From Sphagnum compactum (taxonomy: Eukaryota): 64,000 nt of DNA. The notes under the pieces are model-generated. The model did no database searches. It saw only the letters and a program-made list of their open reading frames with translations, and was not told the origin of the DNA. Position 1 is the stretch's first letter; every line of letters begins with the position of its first letter. Shown here one piece after another: positions 37,701 through 51,731 of the stretch. The stretch is from assembly GCA_965153455.1 (NCBI GenBank), contig OZ234494.1, positions 7,192,001 to 7,256,000 of the forward strand. The letters run 5' to 3'. The position numbers and the translations under genes are program-made.

Positions 37701-40700
37701 AATTACTAGGAGGCTAATAGGACTAGTTCATTTAGAAATATTTTCTACCTTTAACAATGTTCCTTAACACATTCTAAAGAGAAATATTATGAGAATATAA
37801 TATGTATTGTGTACTCATATTAATTAGTTAAAGGGGGTGCACATAAAACTTTTTTTTCTTTCACAATGAACCCATTTGAGTGGCCCATCACTACAAAAAA
37901 ACATTCAAACTTTTGGCACTCCCCAAATACAAAGTTTGAACTTTGCACTGCCAAAATAGAAGTATAAAAAAATATTTTCATTTGGTTATATATAATTTCA
38001 AGAATATAGTTGAGCTAAGGCTATGTGATAAAAGGGTGGTGAAAAAATTTGAACTTATAGAATGCTAATGCATCACCTCAATTGCATGACTCATTTGCAT
38101 AAGTAGAATTTCTATTGCTAAAAACAGTAGTCACCATTTTTGGCCTAACTGTAAGGAGCATCACACCTTTATCCCATATGCTTTGCCCAAAATTGTAATG
38201 AGGAAACCTAAGATGGTGTCCAAAGGGTGGAGATGTAGAGTGTGAAAATGTTTGATGTTAATTACATTCTAGACCCTACTTAGTCTTAAGAGCCAGATCC
38301 TTGGACCTGAATGCAACCTGAGAAAAGACCCTTGGACCCATTCTAGATCTGAGTTTAATCGACCTTGGCTTTTCTCAGGTGGCATTCAGGTCCAGATCTT
38401 GAGGTAGGGTCTTGACCTGGGCCACTCGTATGGCAGGTCTGGTCTTGTGTAGACCCACTAATTCTGGTTATTATAACTGGGCCTTGGCCTGGTTATTAGA
38501 AATGAACCTGAACCTGGATTTGGCCAAAAACCCAAACTTGCTTTGAACTTTCTACCCTTCCATCAAAAACTCATTAAAAGGTAACAAAGAAGCAAGCCCT
38601 CCCATCTTACGCATATCTTGCTCATTTGACATGGCATGAATCACTGGACCTGCACTCAAAAAGAGTAATGCTTAAAAAAAGGCATGATTCATTAAATGAA
38701 ATACGTTAACAGAATAGTTGGAAATGCCACAGGCAAAGATCATATAACCTAATCGACTACAAGTTGAATAGGGCATACAATAATAGTCATTATTTCTGAC
38801 AAAATGCGTTTCAGTTGCAGTGGGTTATATGTTATACAGCTGCCATGTGAAAAGCTGATTTTCTGTGGCCATAACATGATGGTGAAAACTGCATATATAT
38901 ATATATATATTCCTAGATTCACTTTCGTGGTTCCTAGGCTTGGAATATAAGAGCAAACCCCGTTCTCTCCAGGATACCAGGTAAAAAGCACACGGGCTTC
39001 AGGCCTCCTTTGTCGTTGCCAGGGGCCATTCACCGAAATGCATTCATAATCTAGGGAGGAGGGGTTTTCAAACAAAGGTGTAAGGGAGTGGGCAATCATC
39101 AACTATCAGGTACCTGAAACTTGTTAAACAATCTGGTTTGGTGGCATTCCCAGTGGTGTCCACCCAATGTTCAAACTGGACATCCCCCTCAACAATTGTT
39201 TCTAGGCCATATTCCTTAGTAAACCCACGTGAAATTCCTGAAACATGATTCCTGTGTGCATAATAGGAAACTTGGATAGCATGGATTCACTGTTGTTGCA
39301 GTGTTTCAAATGTTCTACTAACTATAGATCTCTACAATCCTTGGCAGGCCACCTTCGGCTGTGCCTTCACCTTCTTGAATGGGACCACATCGTTCACAAG
39401 AAATGTTAGATTTGGGTTTATATTGTGCATTTGACCACCAATCATCTGATGCAACACAACATGGTTTTTCCTATGGCAGTAGGCCTGGCTGGCTCAGGAC
39501 ACTTGTTGAGTAATATCTGGAACTAGTTGTGTGATTTTTTTTCTTTTTCAAAATTTCAAAGAAAGTCTTTCTGGTATATGTGGACACTTGACTGGTGGTT
39601 CTCCAAAACTCAATAAAATGAGTTCTGAAAAAACCCTTGCCGGAGGCTCTGAAAAAAAGTATGAAAAGAATCCCCTTTCATATGTAACCATGGTTCTAAA
39701 GAATCAAAAAGAATCATGTCAGTTCTTCTTTCCTGGTTCTTTCATGAAAAGTGTGGGTCCTTTGAAAAAAAGAATTGCAAAAAACTAGAAACCAAATTAG
39801 GGTTCTTCTATTCTGAAAAGTTCCAAAACCACCAACACCAAAGGTTCTTCACAAAAATCAAGAACCTCACAAACACTGATTGAAACCACACAGTTCACCT
39901 CACACTTTGTGTGTCATAAGCCAAGGCCTACTCACTCCGGGGAGGAAAAAGCCATATTCTTCTGCTGCTGCAGTGATGTGTACTAACCACGATAGAGGGG
40001 TGGTGTGTGCTTGAGATTGGATTCAGGGGAATATCTGTCATGTCTTCCAAATGGACAGTTCTACTGGGTCACATCTTGTAGGACAATATTTCCCGAATCT
40101 CAACAACCGAGGGCGCGCGGCACGCACTCTTAACATGTTAACTCAAATGGTCAAATAAGCGGGGCGCGCGCGCCTTTCCGTCTCTCAGACTTTTGTTTTG
40201 CTCTGCATGGGGCCACTGGCACCGTAGCCATGAACAACTGGAGTCTACTCCTTAGCCAGCGACCTATTGGTCACCGCCTATCTATTCATCTATTAGAGAC
40301 GATTCTGTTTCAAGTTCATAGCATGAAGTGGATGACACCTACAAGAATCTCAGTGTTTGCTTCTCATTTTTGTGAGGAAACGGAAGTGGTCATCCATCCA
40401 TTATACGATGATTCTCGTCAAATATGCCTATAAAACTAGAAAGTCGAAAAATTAAGCATCCATCTACATTTCTGGCTACCTATTGAAAACCTAATATGAA
40501 AATCTGGAGATTTTTTTATATTTGCCAAATCTGCCAAATTCAAGCCCTTTTATTCAAAAGATCCATGAGCATTTTTTTCAGCAAAATTTCACCACTTTGC
40601 TTTAAAATATCCAATACAACTCATTCAAAGGATTGTTAGAACAGTTTTAGTGCAATGGCATTAAATGAAAGTATGTTAGAACAAGAATTTAATTAATTTA

Positions 40701-42659
40701 AGATTAAATGATTAATTTAGGACTTTACTTAACCTAGTGGGTGGGATGAACTCCACTTGGTGGCCATTAGACTTAACAAATTTGTGATCATTTTAGAATG
40801 CCATTTTAAAACATGTTTCAAAAAAAAGTATTATTAAGCATACATAGCAATGTCACTCGGAACAATAGCAAAAACAAATATTAATACAAAAATTGTTTGA
40901 CATACATAAATATCTGAAGAACATAAAACATTTTAATATAATGGGATTCAAGTTAAATTCAAATCAATAAACTTTTAAACATTTTATAAACCTCATCAAA
41001 TTGAAGTCAAGATTTTGAGATCACATTTCAGTACTCAATCACCTTGTGGTCAACAGTAATATTAAATTATCTTACGTTTGGGTGAAAGCATGTTAAAATC
41101 TACACAAAAGCTAAATTCATATTTAAATCATGTTTTTGAAAATACATGAATTTTTTTTGCAAGTAGTTGTTTTCTTTTTCGAGCATCTCAATATTGATGT
41201 GATGAACATTTTAATATTTTATTTTTTTTGTAAATGGAAATTTTTTCATAGTTAAAATCATCCTTAACCTTGTAAAAAATATTGAAAATTTTGGGATTTT
41301 TTGGGTACTTTTTCAAGTCCAAATGATAATATGACATAAATTGTTTTAAGAAGTTATAGGGAGCTTGCTAGAGATGCCCAATATAAAAAGTAAAGGTTTC
41401 ATTTGATTTGGGATGTTAAAGGTTGAAAGTTTTTTAAATTATTTTTTTCTAATTTAAAAGAAGAAAACAAGGATATAAGTATGTACATTTTATCTTGATT
41501 GCACATGTTTAAAACTTATCAAACAAACAATAACATAATTAGTAGATTTGAAATTTATATACCATGAAGGAATATTGCACTTGGTGGGCACCAAGTATTT
41601 TTTCTTTATGTTAAACTTAAATATATACATACATACATAGTACATAGATAAATGTATGTACACAAACATGTCAAAACATAGTACATACATGTTTCTTAGC
41701 ATATCTTATTACATTGCACATGCAAGACCATGCACAAAAAATAAAAATATAATAGTGAAAATAATTAAATGATAAAATGACATTGATATACCACCAATAT
41801 TTTATTAAAGTCACCAACATCCTTCATAAATTACTTGATGCATTAGCAACATCAAAATTGGCGTTAGCTCAATTAGTACAAATAGCAATAATAGTGTCTT
41901 GATTTTTGTTAATTATATTTTTTTCAAATAAGGAATGGAAAAAAAATCTAAGATGTTGACCCATTGTTCTAGATTTGCTAAATTACTTTTCTACTTGCAA
42001 TTCCAACAATCTTCATATAAACTTTGTTCATTAGCGTTTGATGCTTTCTTAACTAAAACCCCACATTGAACCCTAAACATTACAAAAGAATTATTTTGAT
42101 CATCCTTGACAACATCCACTACACCAATAAGCATCAAGTTCACTTTATTTTTCATTACATTCTGAATGAAATTAACCAAATTTACCATAGTGAAAAGTGA
42201 CCAAATCCTTAATGAACAAGGACTAGTTATTATGGATAGGTGAATTCGTTAATAATTAATCAATTAATAATAAATTCATTAATAGCTAATTATGAATTTA
42301 GAGTAGGCACCTAGGAACCTAACCAGCTTAAACACTTATCCCACCATCTTAAGGTGCACGTGTGAAGGTTTGAACCCTTCACCTCCTTTCACCTCCATGT
42401 TTTAGGAACAAATCCTTAACCATTAAACCTCTATTTAAATGAATGATATTATTTTGCAATCACATATTATTATGCATGCTTTTTTTTTACTTTAAATTAT
42501 TCTTGGTTATTTTTTACTATTCTACCATAGGATGTTTTTGGCTATTTTATCGGAAACTATTATTGGTTATTTTATAATAGGTTATTATGTTGTAAATTAT
42601 TTTTGGATATTTTTAAGTAGGTTATTCTTGGCTATTCTATCATAGGTTATTATTGTTTA

Positions 42660-43543
42660 CTAGTGGGTACCCGTTAATTGTTTCAACCAATTAATAACTC
42701 TTGTTGTTGTTCTGTCTGTGTACTATATAAGCAATGTTGGGCGGGTATTTGATATGTTGAATAACCTCCACGTCTGGGTATTTGTAAAATGGGAATTAAA
42801 AGAATTAAAACTCGAAATCAAAGAATCACAAGTTTCGGGTATTTGAAAAAAAAAATTCAGAATCAAAGAACCGCTGCCAGTTCTGGTTATTTCAAAAAAA
42901 CCTCACAGAACTGCCGGGTTTCACGAAAACCCGGAAAAGAAGAGCCAGGCAGGTTTTTGGGCGGTTATTTTACTTTTACAATTTGGGATCTGTGTTTCAG
43001 GACCTCGACAGACGGACAGATGGGATCTGGGTTTCAGGACTTCGACAGATAGACAGACGGGATCTGGGTTTCAGGACATTGACAGACGGACAGACGGGAT
43101 CAGGGTTTTTGTCTCCTCGAATTGGTACTTCGAAATTGGCCCCTCAAATTGGCACCTCGACAGACGCACAAACAGTAGCATCATGCCTGTTATAATCACC
43201 AGTTATAAATTCAACAGTTAACAGTGGAGAATTTTTAACAAAATGCACATACAACCCCCCTTCCTTCTTTGTACCCACCGTTTGCTCGGTGCGCGATGGC
43301 AAGAGCGGTGGCGGCGAAGGGAGAGCTTGGAGAAGAAGGCAAGCTGTTCCCTTGGTTTGCTTGGTGCGGCCTCGTTTATATCTAAACTATCTGGTATATT
43401 CAGAGGCCGGGTTGGTTCTGCCATAGAAAACAACACTGGAATTGCCGCCATAGCAGACAATTCCAATTACGCCTGTGGGGACTTAGTCTGTCTGTGTGCA
43501 GAACGCCCTGTCACAGACAGACTAAGCGAATTAATAGATTAGA
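42660..43543 (-). mobile_element. Short non-autonomous Helitron
   Basis: Minus strand starts A|TCTAATCTATTAATTCG and ends with a TTAATTG...CAATTAA hairpin followed by CGGGTACCCACTAG|T. It is inserted at an A|T with no TSD, and the host AT-rich repeat continues across the junction. Both ends are shared with 48356-48836. Confidence 0.8.
42985..43105 (+). repeat. 37-bp tandem repeat (3 full units plus a partial) inside the Helitron
   Basis: GGGATCTG(G/T)GTTTCAGGAC...GACAGACGGACAGA(C/T) units start at 42985, 43022, 43059 and 43096. Confidence 0.9.
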
Positions 43544-43999
43544 TTCTATTGTAGGTTATCATTAACTATTGTATCATAGGTTATTTTTGGGTATTTTAAG
43601 ATTTTTGGTTATTTTAGATTATTTAATTGTAATTTATTCTTTTTTTGTCCATTTTAAATTATTACTAATTATTATACCTGAGGTTATTCTATTATATTCT
43701 AAGTTATTTTACATTTTTCTATCTTATGTTATTTTAAGTTATTATACATTATGATAAAATGGTTTATAATAACACATAGTAAAATGAATTTGAATGGCCT
43801 AAGGTATAACTTGAAGTAACATATACTAGTTTAACTTAAAATAGCCTAAAGTCAAAAACTTAAGTTAAAATATAACCTATGAAACCATAAGGTAAAATAA
43901 CTTATAATAATTTTGGGTATAATTTAAAATACCTGGGGTATAGCTTAAAATAGGATAAGGTATTTAAAACAACATAAAAAAACCTATTTATTATAGTGA

Positions 44000-45215
44000 T
44001 TGTCTTGTTAGCTCAAATTTTGACAACGAAATGGCCTAGAATGATGAGTCTGTCCAAATTCCTATCCAAAGGCAAATGGCGCTCAACCTTCCAACTTCCT
44101 TGTTCAATTGCAAGTTTTGTAATCCCCCCCCCCCTTGGTGCATTAACAATTACAACGGTCAAATTTATTATGTTTTACATAGATTCCAATCTATTTTTAA
44201 AATGACCATTCACCTTGGAGTGCACTTGCATCTTGTTGCACATGGTAGGTATAAAGAATCTATGGAGGAAACAAAAATGTTGATTGAAGAAGAGGTGAAC
44301 CGCACCCCCAATTCAAAAATCTTTGCAATTTTCTTAATCATGAACAAATTTTTTTGGCCAAACACATGTTCAATGAAAAAAAATGATGGCACTGTCAAAA
44401 TTCTTAAAGGCAACCAAATTTAACAAATTCATGAAAAGTTCATTGAATTGAATTCTTCAAATGTCTATAACCTAGTTTCAATGTTCAAGCCTTATTCAAA
44501 TGGAGGTTACATCAACAACATTCTTCAATTGAAATCCAAGAATCATTACAATTATATCCAAGATATTGTTTTCTTGGCCAAATTTTTAAGCAAAAAGTTT
44601 TTCTTTTCAAGATGTCGATTGATTGGGCAAGGAGTAGAACAAGCCTAATCGCTCGAATGCAACTTTAAAAATTATGTCCAAATTTTTTTTATTATGTTTG
44701 ACCATGTCAAACACTTTGAACATTGGACAATAATGGCTTGTCATGTTTATGATCCAACCTATTATAAAGGCATGACTATTGTGGTTTGTGACATGTAGTT
44801 TGAAAACACAAAAGCACAACAAATCATGTGGACAAAACTAAATGCCATAATGCTCAAGCATGGGTTTCATAAACTAAATTTCAAAGGATTTATGGCTAAT
44901 ACTAAACAACACACTTGAACCAATTGGAATGTTGTTAGAATTGTTTATAGTTTTAGGGATCTAACTATCAAGATGGTTGACACAAAAGTGAACATGTTAG
45001 ACTCAATTGCTAAATAGGCATACCAAACAGCTAATCAAACCTAAGCTTTACAAGATTGATTAGCACAAGGCCTTCTGCTACCATTACAAGAATACAACAT
45101 CCTTAGAAAAGGTTGACACTTGTTATGCAACAATTCGTTGATGGTGGCTCTTGTTAGGTGCTGTGTGTGAAACTGGAATTCATGAAGTTGGTAATAGGCT
45201 AAGTTTTTAACATTT
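44000..45215 (+). mobile_element. Degenerate Mutator-like (MULE) transposase
   Basis: Cys/His-rich N-terminal part (CKFCNPPPWC...IHLGVHLHLVAHG), then FDHVKHFEHWTIMACHVYDPTYYKGMTIVVCDM*...KLNFKGFMAN...NWNVVRIVY...HTKQLIKP. This resembles the MULE DDE core (FMxD...A..N.V..VF). Stops and frameshifts throughout. Confidence 0.6.
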
Positions 45216-45939
45216 TACAAAATTATTTCATGGCAAATGTGAATATCTATTCCACTAGTTATGCTTAATTTATCATCATTTGGGTTACTTTGCATATGTG
45301 GATTATTTTTTCTTTTTTTGGTATTTGCAGAAGTTCAATGACAAGGAGTGCGTAGACATAGGTGAAAACATAGTACAAGGGGCCCACTTTAAGCATTTTC
45401 ATAACATGTATATAAAATACATTTATGCAAAACATATTGCATTTAATTTTGGGTTTCACTTTTAGTGTTTGGCTTGATATTTTGATTTTCACAAAGTTAA
45501 TGATATATAATATTATTTGAAAAAATAAAATAACATTTAAAAGCTTAAATTCAAGGAATAATGAATATATTTATGGTATATACAATAGAATAAAACTTGT
45601 TTCTATTTTTGGACTACACTAGGTTTGGGTTTGAATTAGTCAACCAAAAATTGTTTGAAATGAAAATTTTAAAAATGACCCACTTCACATATCTTGTCAT
45701 CTTCCATTTGAAGTTTGTCAAAATGTTAATTTACCACATACTTATGGTCGTCACCCCCAAAAACATACATTTGTGATATGATAATTATCAAACTCTTCAC
45801 ATGGCTCACAACTTTGCTATACTAGCATATGCCTATCTATGGTAGCATAGATAATATACTAACCCAAGTAGATATATTGAGTATAATAACTTAAGTATAT
45901 ATTAATTTAGGCCATAATTTTTATGGCAAAGGTTCATTT

Positions 45940-46106
45940 TGTACACAATTAGTTGCATGTTAATTGCGCACACAATTATATAACCCAAAAATTATACAAT
46001 GTCAATTTTGTAATTGTAAACATGACTCATGATTTAGTTGAAAATGACCACTAGTTGCACACAAATTACAAATGACTAGTTGCATATTACAAGTTTTTTA
46101 TTAGTG
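45940..46106. mobile_element. CACTA-type right terminus
   Basis: Ends TTTTTTATTAGTG (reverse complement CACTAATAAAAAA), preceded by several TAGTTGCA subterminal motifs like those in the 28791-31385 element. Confidence 0.5.
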
Positions 46107-48355
46107 TTAGAAATTGAATATCGTGCCTCGGTAGAAGGATCAAAAGAATTAATCTGTGGTTTGTAAATTTACTTTAGGAGCTTGGATTTCCTCTATTGAA
46201 ACCCATGACTATTAATAACCAAAACTAATCAAGATGGTGAAGAATCATGTTTTACATGTGTGAATGAAACATATTGAAAAGTCTTGCCATTATGTCCATG
46301 ACCACATCAAGCAAAGATGAATTGCTTTAAATTTTGTGCGATCTAAGGGTCAAACAACATACATTCTCATCAAGCCCATTAGTGAAGTGGGCCTTTTAAG
46401 AACTAAAAATATGCTTGTAACTCAAAACATTCAAAAAATTCCAAATGTTGCAATAAACAATTTTTATTTAAACAAAGAAAATGACATGTTAGTGACAAGG
46501 TTAGTGTAGTACCTAGAGTATCATCTATGTTCATATTTGCTACTATTTGTGGAATTCACAAGTAAGGTTAGCATTGAACCATTCACAAGGAATAATGGCT
46601 CATTTAACACCACATTAAGGTTTCCCATTTCAATAACAAATCTTTCAAACCTAGTGAGTCTCTTGTGATGTCTTCACCATTTATTGTGAAATGTTCAGAT
46701 CTCAAATTGTCTAACTTAATGAATTCAAGTGCAATCCACTCTAAAGCAGTTCCAATGAAATCACACCACTCTATATTTATTCAATGTAGACAATAAGTGA
46801 AATAGACTATGATACTTTCATTGCATTTAAAAGTGCTCCCTAAAAATAATTATTAGGAAATAGTGAAAACAAATGCACACTTGTTTGTAAGTTGGATGAG
46901 ATTGCGTTGAAAGTAGAAATCATCTTATTCACAAGACTTAGGGGGAACATGCCAACTATGGAGTTTCTTTTCTTGTTGATTTGATGAACTTGTTATATGT
47001 GATATTATTGAGGTTTTTGTTTTGGGAAGACCTTATCAAGATTTATTGCAACAAAGACTTCAAAAAACTCATCATATTTGTCTATTGGTGATGGTAAAAT
47101 TGCTCCCAAAAACATTTTCAACTTGTAAAAGAAGAGGCAAACTAACATGAAAAAAAGCATGAGGATTCCCATGATGACACCTACTTAAAAGTTTCTCTAG
47201 CCCATATGCCCACTAATATTTTCACTATAGTCAACATCCTCACCATCTATTTAATTATTTCTAGGTTACATAATAGTGGATTGGAGTGATGGAGTTGGGT
47301 CATGCATGGATAGTCCCTTACTTGTGTATATGTATAAATCATTGAATAGATTAATAGTTCAAGTTGTTAGGATCTAAATGATCTTGATTAAGGTAAGCCA
47401 ATTATAATTCTGTAAACAACAATATCTTAATCACCTTAATCTTTTGTTTTATATATCTTTGCATAGGCATTTGGTAGATAACATATGTGGTGATAACTTT
47501 AATTTTAGTATCCTTTATTGATGGCCTTGTATCTTTGTGGGTATTCAATTTTGAGAGGCATGGACAATTATACACTTATATATTTTGTTGGAAATTTTAT
47601 GTTTCATTACTATTGAACTTGATTGTTCCATTTTGCTATTGTGATTGTGTCAAATGCATGAAATGTTGACATTGTTTTTTTGATTTGTCAAATGTTTGTT
47701 TCATTGGTGAATCCAATTTTGCATTGGTTGCTTGTCATGGTTAGGTTTCTTGTGCTTTGTGTGATTGTTAAATCAAAGTTAAAAGATTGGCATCATTTTA
47801 GATGTTGAGATTGTATAGCTTGTAGCTATATACGATCAAATTGCATTCTAAGAACCACATAACTCTTTCATTTGGACTAAAAAAATCATGTTTGGAATCT
47901 ATTGGTTGGCATTTTTTTATTGGTAAGGACAACTTGCTTGTTAAAAGTTGTAAACCCATAGATATTGCAATGCATTATTAGCAAATCATAGTAAACAATT
48001 AGTAATATTTTCACCCATAAATCTACTATCATGAAAGGTCTTATCAAATATGACAAAAATAATGGCATTACTCTTATACATTTTGAAAAACTTGACATGC
48101 TTTATATCTTAACGGGTTATAGGGCCCTTTCCACTTGTGATCTAACCTTTGGTTATGCAAGTTACTCTTAAGCCAATGCCCCCGTGTTGTGTTTCCATTT
48201 TGTTCTTCTCTTATAGAAGAAGTATTTCTTGCAATGGTCACAAATATTTTGAATTTGCATGTCTTGCCAAATTTTGCATCTACAACAATTGGGTCTACAA
48301 GTTTTCATTTATGATGTTTAGAAGTGGCATGCACACACTTACTTTAGTACTCATA

Positions 48356-48836
48356 TCTTATATATTAATTCACTTGTCTGTCTGTGACAGGGCTTGGAAA
48401 GGGGGTTTGGCAGAACCGGCCGGCCTCTAAATATACCCAGATGGGGAAAACATAGTTTATTTCGACCAATCGACAGAAACGAGAGTAGCTGACAGAAACG
48501 AGGTCCCGAAATGAGCCGCAACTGGCCTGAAATGTTTCAGCGCCAAGTGCGGGTCGTGGTGGCGGAGAGACACCTAGCCTGAAATATCTTTTTTTTATGG
48601 GAAACTCTTTTTTTTCCCCTCCTGGAAATGTGGCGATTTTTATTTTTTTTTGAAAATTTTCCAAAATGCTCGCTTCACCATGTATGTTTTCATGGGGGAC
48701 TTTTCAACGGATTTTCGTCACAAAAAATAAATAAAATAAAAATAAAAATAGCTGCTTTGCGCCTTTGTGTGTGTCTCTCTTGGTTTAAAGAAATCGGGGG
48801 ACTTCACAATGTCCAAAGGTCACGGGTACCCACTAG
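48356..48836 (+). mobile_element. Short non-autonomous Helitron (same family as 42660-43543)
   Basis: A|TCTTATATATTAATTCACTTGTCTGTCTGTGACAGGGC...GGCAGAACC..CCGGCCTCT.AATATACC at the 5' end and CACGGGTACCCACTAG|T at the 3' end. Confidence 0.8.
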
Positions 48837-48839
48837 TAT

Positions 48840-49520
48840 GAATAAAGCAAGGATCACTACACATGCTACTGGTGGGTTTTTTTGGAGTGAATGAAATAAG
48901 TAGGATTTGCATGGCTATGCAACTCAAATCTTTCCTAGCTTGAGAAGTTTTGTTCGTTTCATCATGTGGTCTCATATGTAAAAGATGAAAGCAATAACTT
49001 GTCAATCATGGCAACATCATTTTGCTCCCTCATTAATGATGTTGAACCTTTGAGCCTTCTAAGGGTCTCTAAAAATACTTGGTTTGGTCATGTGTTGTTA
49101 AAAACATGCTGGTATGTTACAAATGACAACATGGATTCAATGGGTCTAAAGCAATGGCCACTTCAGACTTGAACCTTATTATAAGTGCACATGTGATGAT
49201 CCAATCAAGAGGTCATTGGGTATGTCAAATGCCTTGATTTTTGTTATTAGTATATGAATAAATTTGAAAGCTAAGATGGCAAAATTTGCTGATGGGTCTA
49301 AAAACTCTTAACCAATTTGGTGTGAAACTACTCTTCTCACATATAGAAACATGTTGCATGAAGTTACTAAGGTGATCGAATCCTCTCTAGTTTGTGAAAG
49401 CATTTGATCCAGATCAAGCTCACAAGTACCAACATGATAACAAATCTTTACAAGTTGTGGAAAACTGTGGGGCATCATTATGCAATTTTTCTTGATTTTT
49501 AATACAATGTGAGAACAATT
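48840..49520 (+). mobile_element. Degenerate hAT-like transposase fragments
   Basis: YVKDESNNLSIMATS...KNTWFGHVLLKTCWYVTND resembles the GTCIGHAFSKACQYVT piece at ~25400. Confidence 0.5.
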
Positions 49521-49986
49521 CTACAATCCTACAGGTTACAAGAGAACTTAGATTGAATCATCACTGGTTTAAAACTGGCTAACAATCCACACTTGAGTAG
49601 CAAGCTGGATACATCTAGAGGACTAGATGAAAGTTTAAAATGCTGTGGCCAAAGAGAACTCCAAATTTGATAGAAGCAGCAGATTACTTTGAAGAGCCAC
49701 AGCCTACAGTGATTGATGCTTCGATGCCCTCTTAATTCTTACTTGGGTTCAAGCACATGATCAAGTTCTTACAAAATTATGGCCACTCAGATACTAATGC
49801 AATTACCTTCCAATGTCAGTCGTTAATACGACTGCTGACAACACACCAATCCACACTTCAAAGTTTTACACCTCAGTTTTGACATCATTCAATGGATACA
49901 TGGTCAAATCAATGAAGCAACAGTTTTCCTGTCACTAATATGGTAATTGGGGTAAAATAAAAGGACTGCAAAGGATTAATTGATTT

Positions 49987-51731
49987 CTAATCACAAACAA
50001 CATCAGAGTAGAAGGCTATAGTTCTCCTTGTACAATCCTTGACATCCAACAACTCCACATCAAACACCTCAAATTGCTTTGCACTAAAAAACGTTGATGG
50101 ACCCACCTGCACAAACCACCATTTGTCTCAGTATTCATTCAAATAGCTGCGAAGACCAATCATTCATTCTGCCAATTAGTTCAGGTGTCTAGTGTGCAGT
50201 TTTCTGAGCTGGGAATCCAGTGACCCACTTATAATCAGGACACATAACAAGATAGCCCCCAGTGCTTTATTTTAACCTGGTTTGAATCCAAATGAAGTGG
50301 TTAGCCAGTAATAAGCCAGGGTATTTACATGGCAGAAAGGCTTTGACATCCACAGTTTGACATACTTTTATGGTCAGTGGACTTACTGGAGGCCCAAGTT
50401 CAGGAGGGATGACAATTCGTCGTGTGCCACCAAGGCGCATAGTTCGAATGCCCTCTTCAAACCCTGGAGAATGCCCACTGAATGTGTCAGAAATCACTAA
50501 AATGTTTGAATCTGTGAAGTGTTTGGCCAATTTGCACTTTCCAGTTGTCCTGTAAAGCTGACAAGAAGCCATCAGAAAATGTAACACCCTCAAGGAACAG
50601 ATCTCAACACAAAAAAATGTAACAGAAGAGCAAAAAAGACTTACCAGGAATCATGCCTTTGATACCAAGGCGGGTCCGTGCTGGTTGACCCTGCTGATAG
50701 CTGCTGTCCACTCGGCGCCCGTTCTCATTGTATCCTGTATAGTGAAATACCACCTGCCTCCAATAAAATCCAAGAAATAAAAACTTGATTGGTTCTTGGT
50801 TCCAAAAACACTTCAGACAGATACATCATCACAAGTTCTCCACACAAAAATGATTTGTCCTCCCAACAGGAAAGATCAGGTTTCTGATTTAATGTTTAGA
50901 CACATGGGTTAGGGTTTAGACCTGTTGACCATCACTGGGAGTTTTGCCTTCACCTTCAATAAGGTCCAAATATATGAGCCCTGACTCTGCCTTCACATAC
51001 CTACCATCGGTAACAACTTTCACTTCAAACCCTGCCAACACAAAGGATATTCTATAAATGAAGCTGAAAGTGAATCTATTGAACATTTATGTCAAAACTA
51101 ATAAGATCCACAACTTTTCATCAGCAATTCAGGGACCAGGCAATAGGAGAAAAATGAGCAAGACATTATTTTGTAGCAAGGATTAACACCCAAACATTTC
51201 GATTCCTGACATGATCAGACAGAAATGTAGTTAAGGTCACACAAAACAGGACAGAAATTCACATCAAACCTGAGCCTTTAGTGAGAACATGGTACCTTCT
51301 CGAATGAAGCCTGGAAAGTCAGGGGGTGCATTGTTCAATTTTTGCATGCGCTTGTTTTGCTCAAGCAGGCGTTTCTCATCATAGGGACTATTAAGTGCAT
51401 CCTGCTTTCTAGCAACTGCCAAAGCAGACTCTTTTTCTCCCCATCTTCCTCCAATTAGAGCACCTATGAGTCCTAGTGCCAAGTTCATGAAACCTCTTCG
51501 CCCTAAATGTTTATTAGATTTAGAATCGTCTAGTTTGATTTGATGTACACATCTGCACACAAGGCATTTCGATGTCGATTCTCCCTGGCTCTCATAACCT
51601 CCAAATGTTGGGTTATGTGACTGCAGTTTGACACATCTGTTTGGAGTTGTCAGATTGGAAAGTTTGCAGAATCCCCCAGTGGAATTCCAAGAATTAACTC
51701 TGCATGCATGTTTCAACAGCCACGCTGCCAT
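49987..51731 (-). CDS. FKBP20-2: Thylakoid-lumen FKBP-type peptidyl-prolyl isomerase FKBP20-2
   Basis: Exons 51731-51296, 51031-50922, 50753-50645, 50463-50387 and 50106-49987. They encode a transit peptide with a twin-Arg signal (LGRRGFMNLALGL...ALA), then SPYDEKRLLEQNKRMQKLNNAPPDFPGFIREGFEVKV...FHYTGYNENGRRVDS...RRIVIPPELGPPVGPSTFFSAKQFEVFDVELLDVKDCTRRTIAFYSDVVCD*. The C-terminal Cys pair is retained. Confidence 0.95.

Noticed and set aside
38930-39420. Moderately GC-rich, coding-looking segment
   Set aside because: The frames examined are short or interrupted by stops, and no recognisable protein motif or consistent splice structure was found.
42985-43105. 37-bp repeats as a CRISPR array
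   Set aside because: Units are contiguous with no unique spacers, there are no cas genes, and the context is a eukaryotic Helitron.
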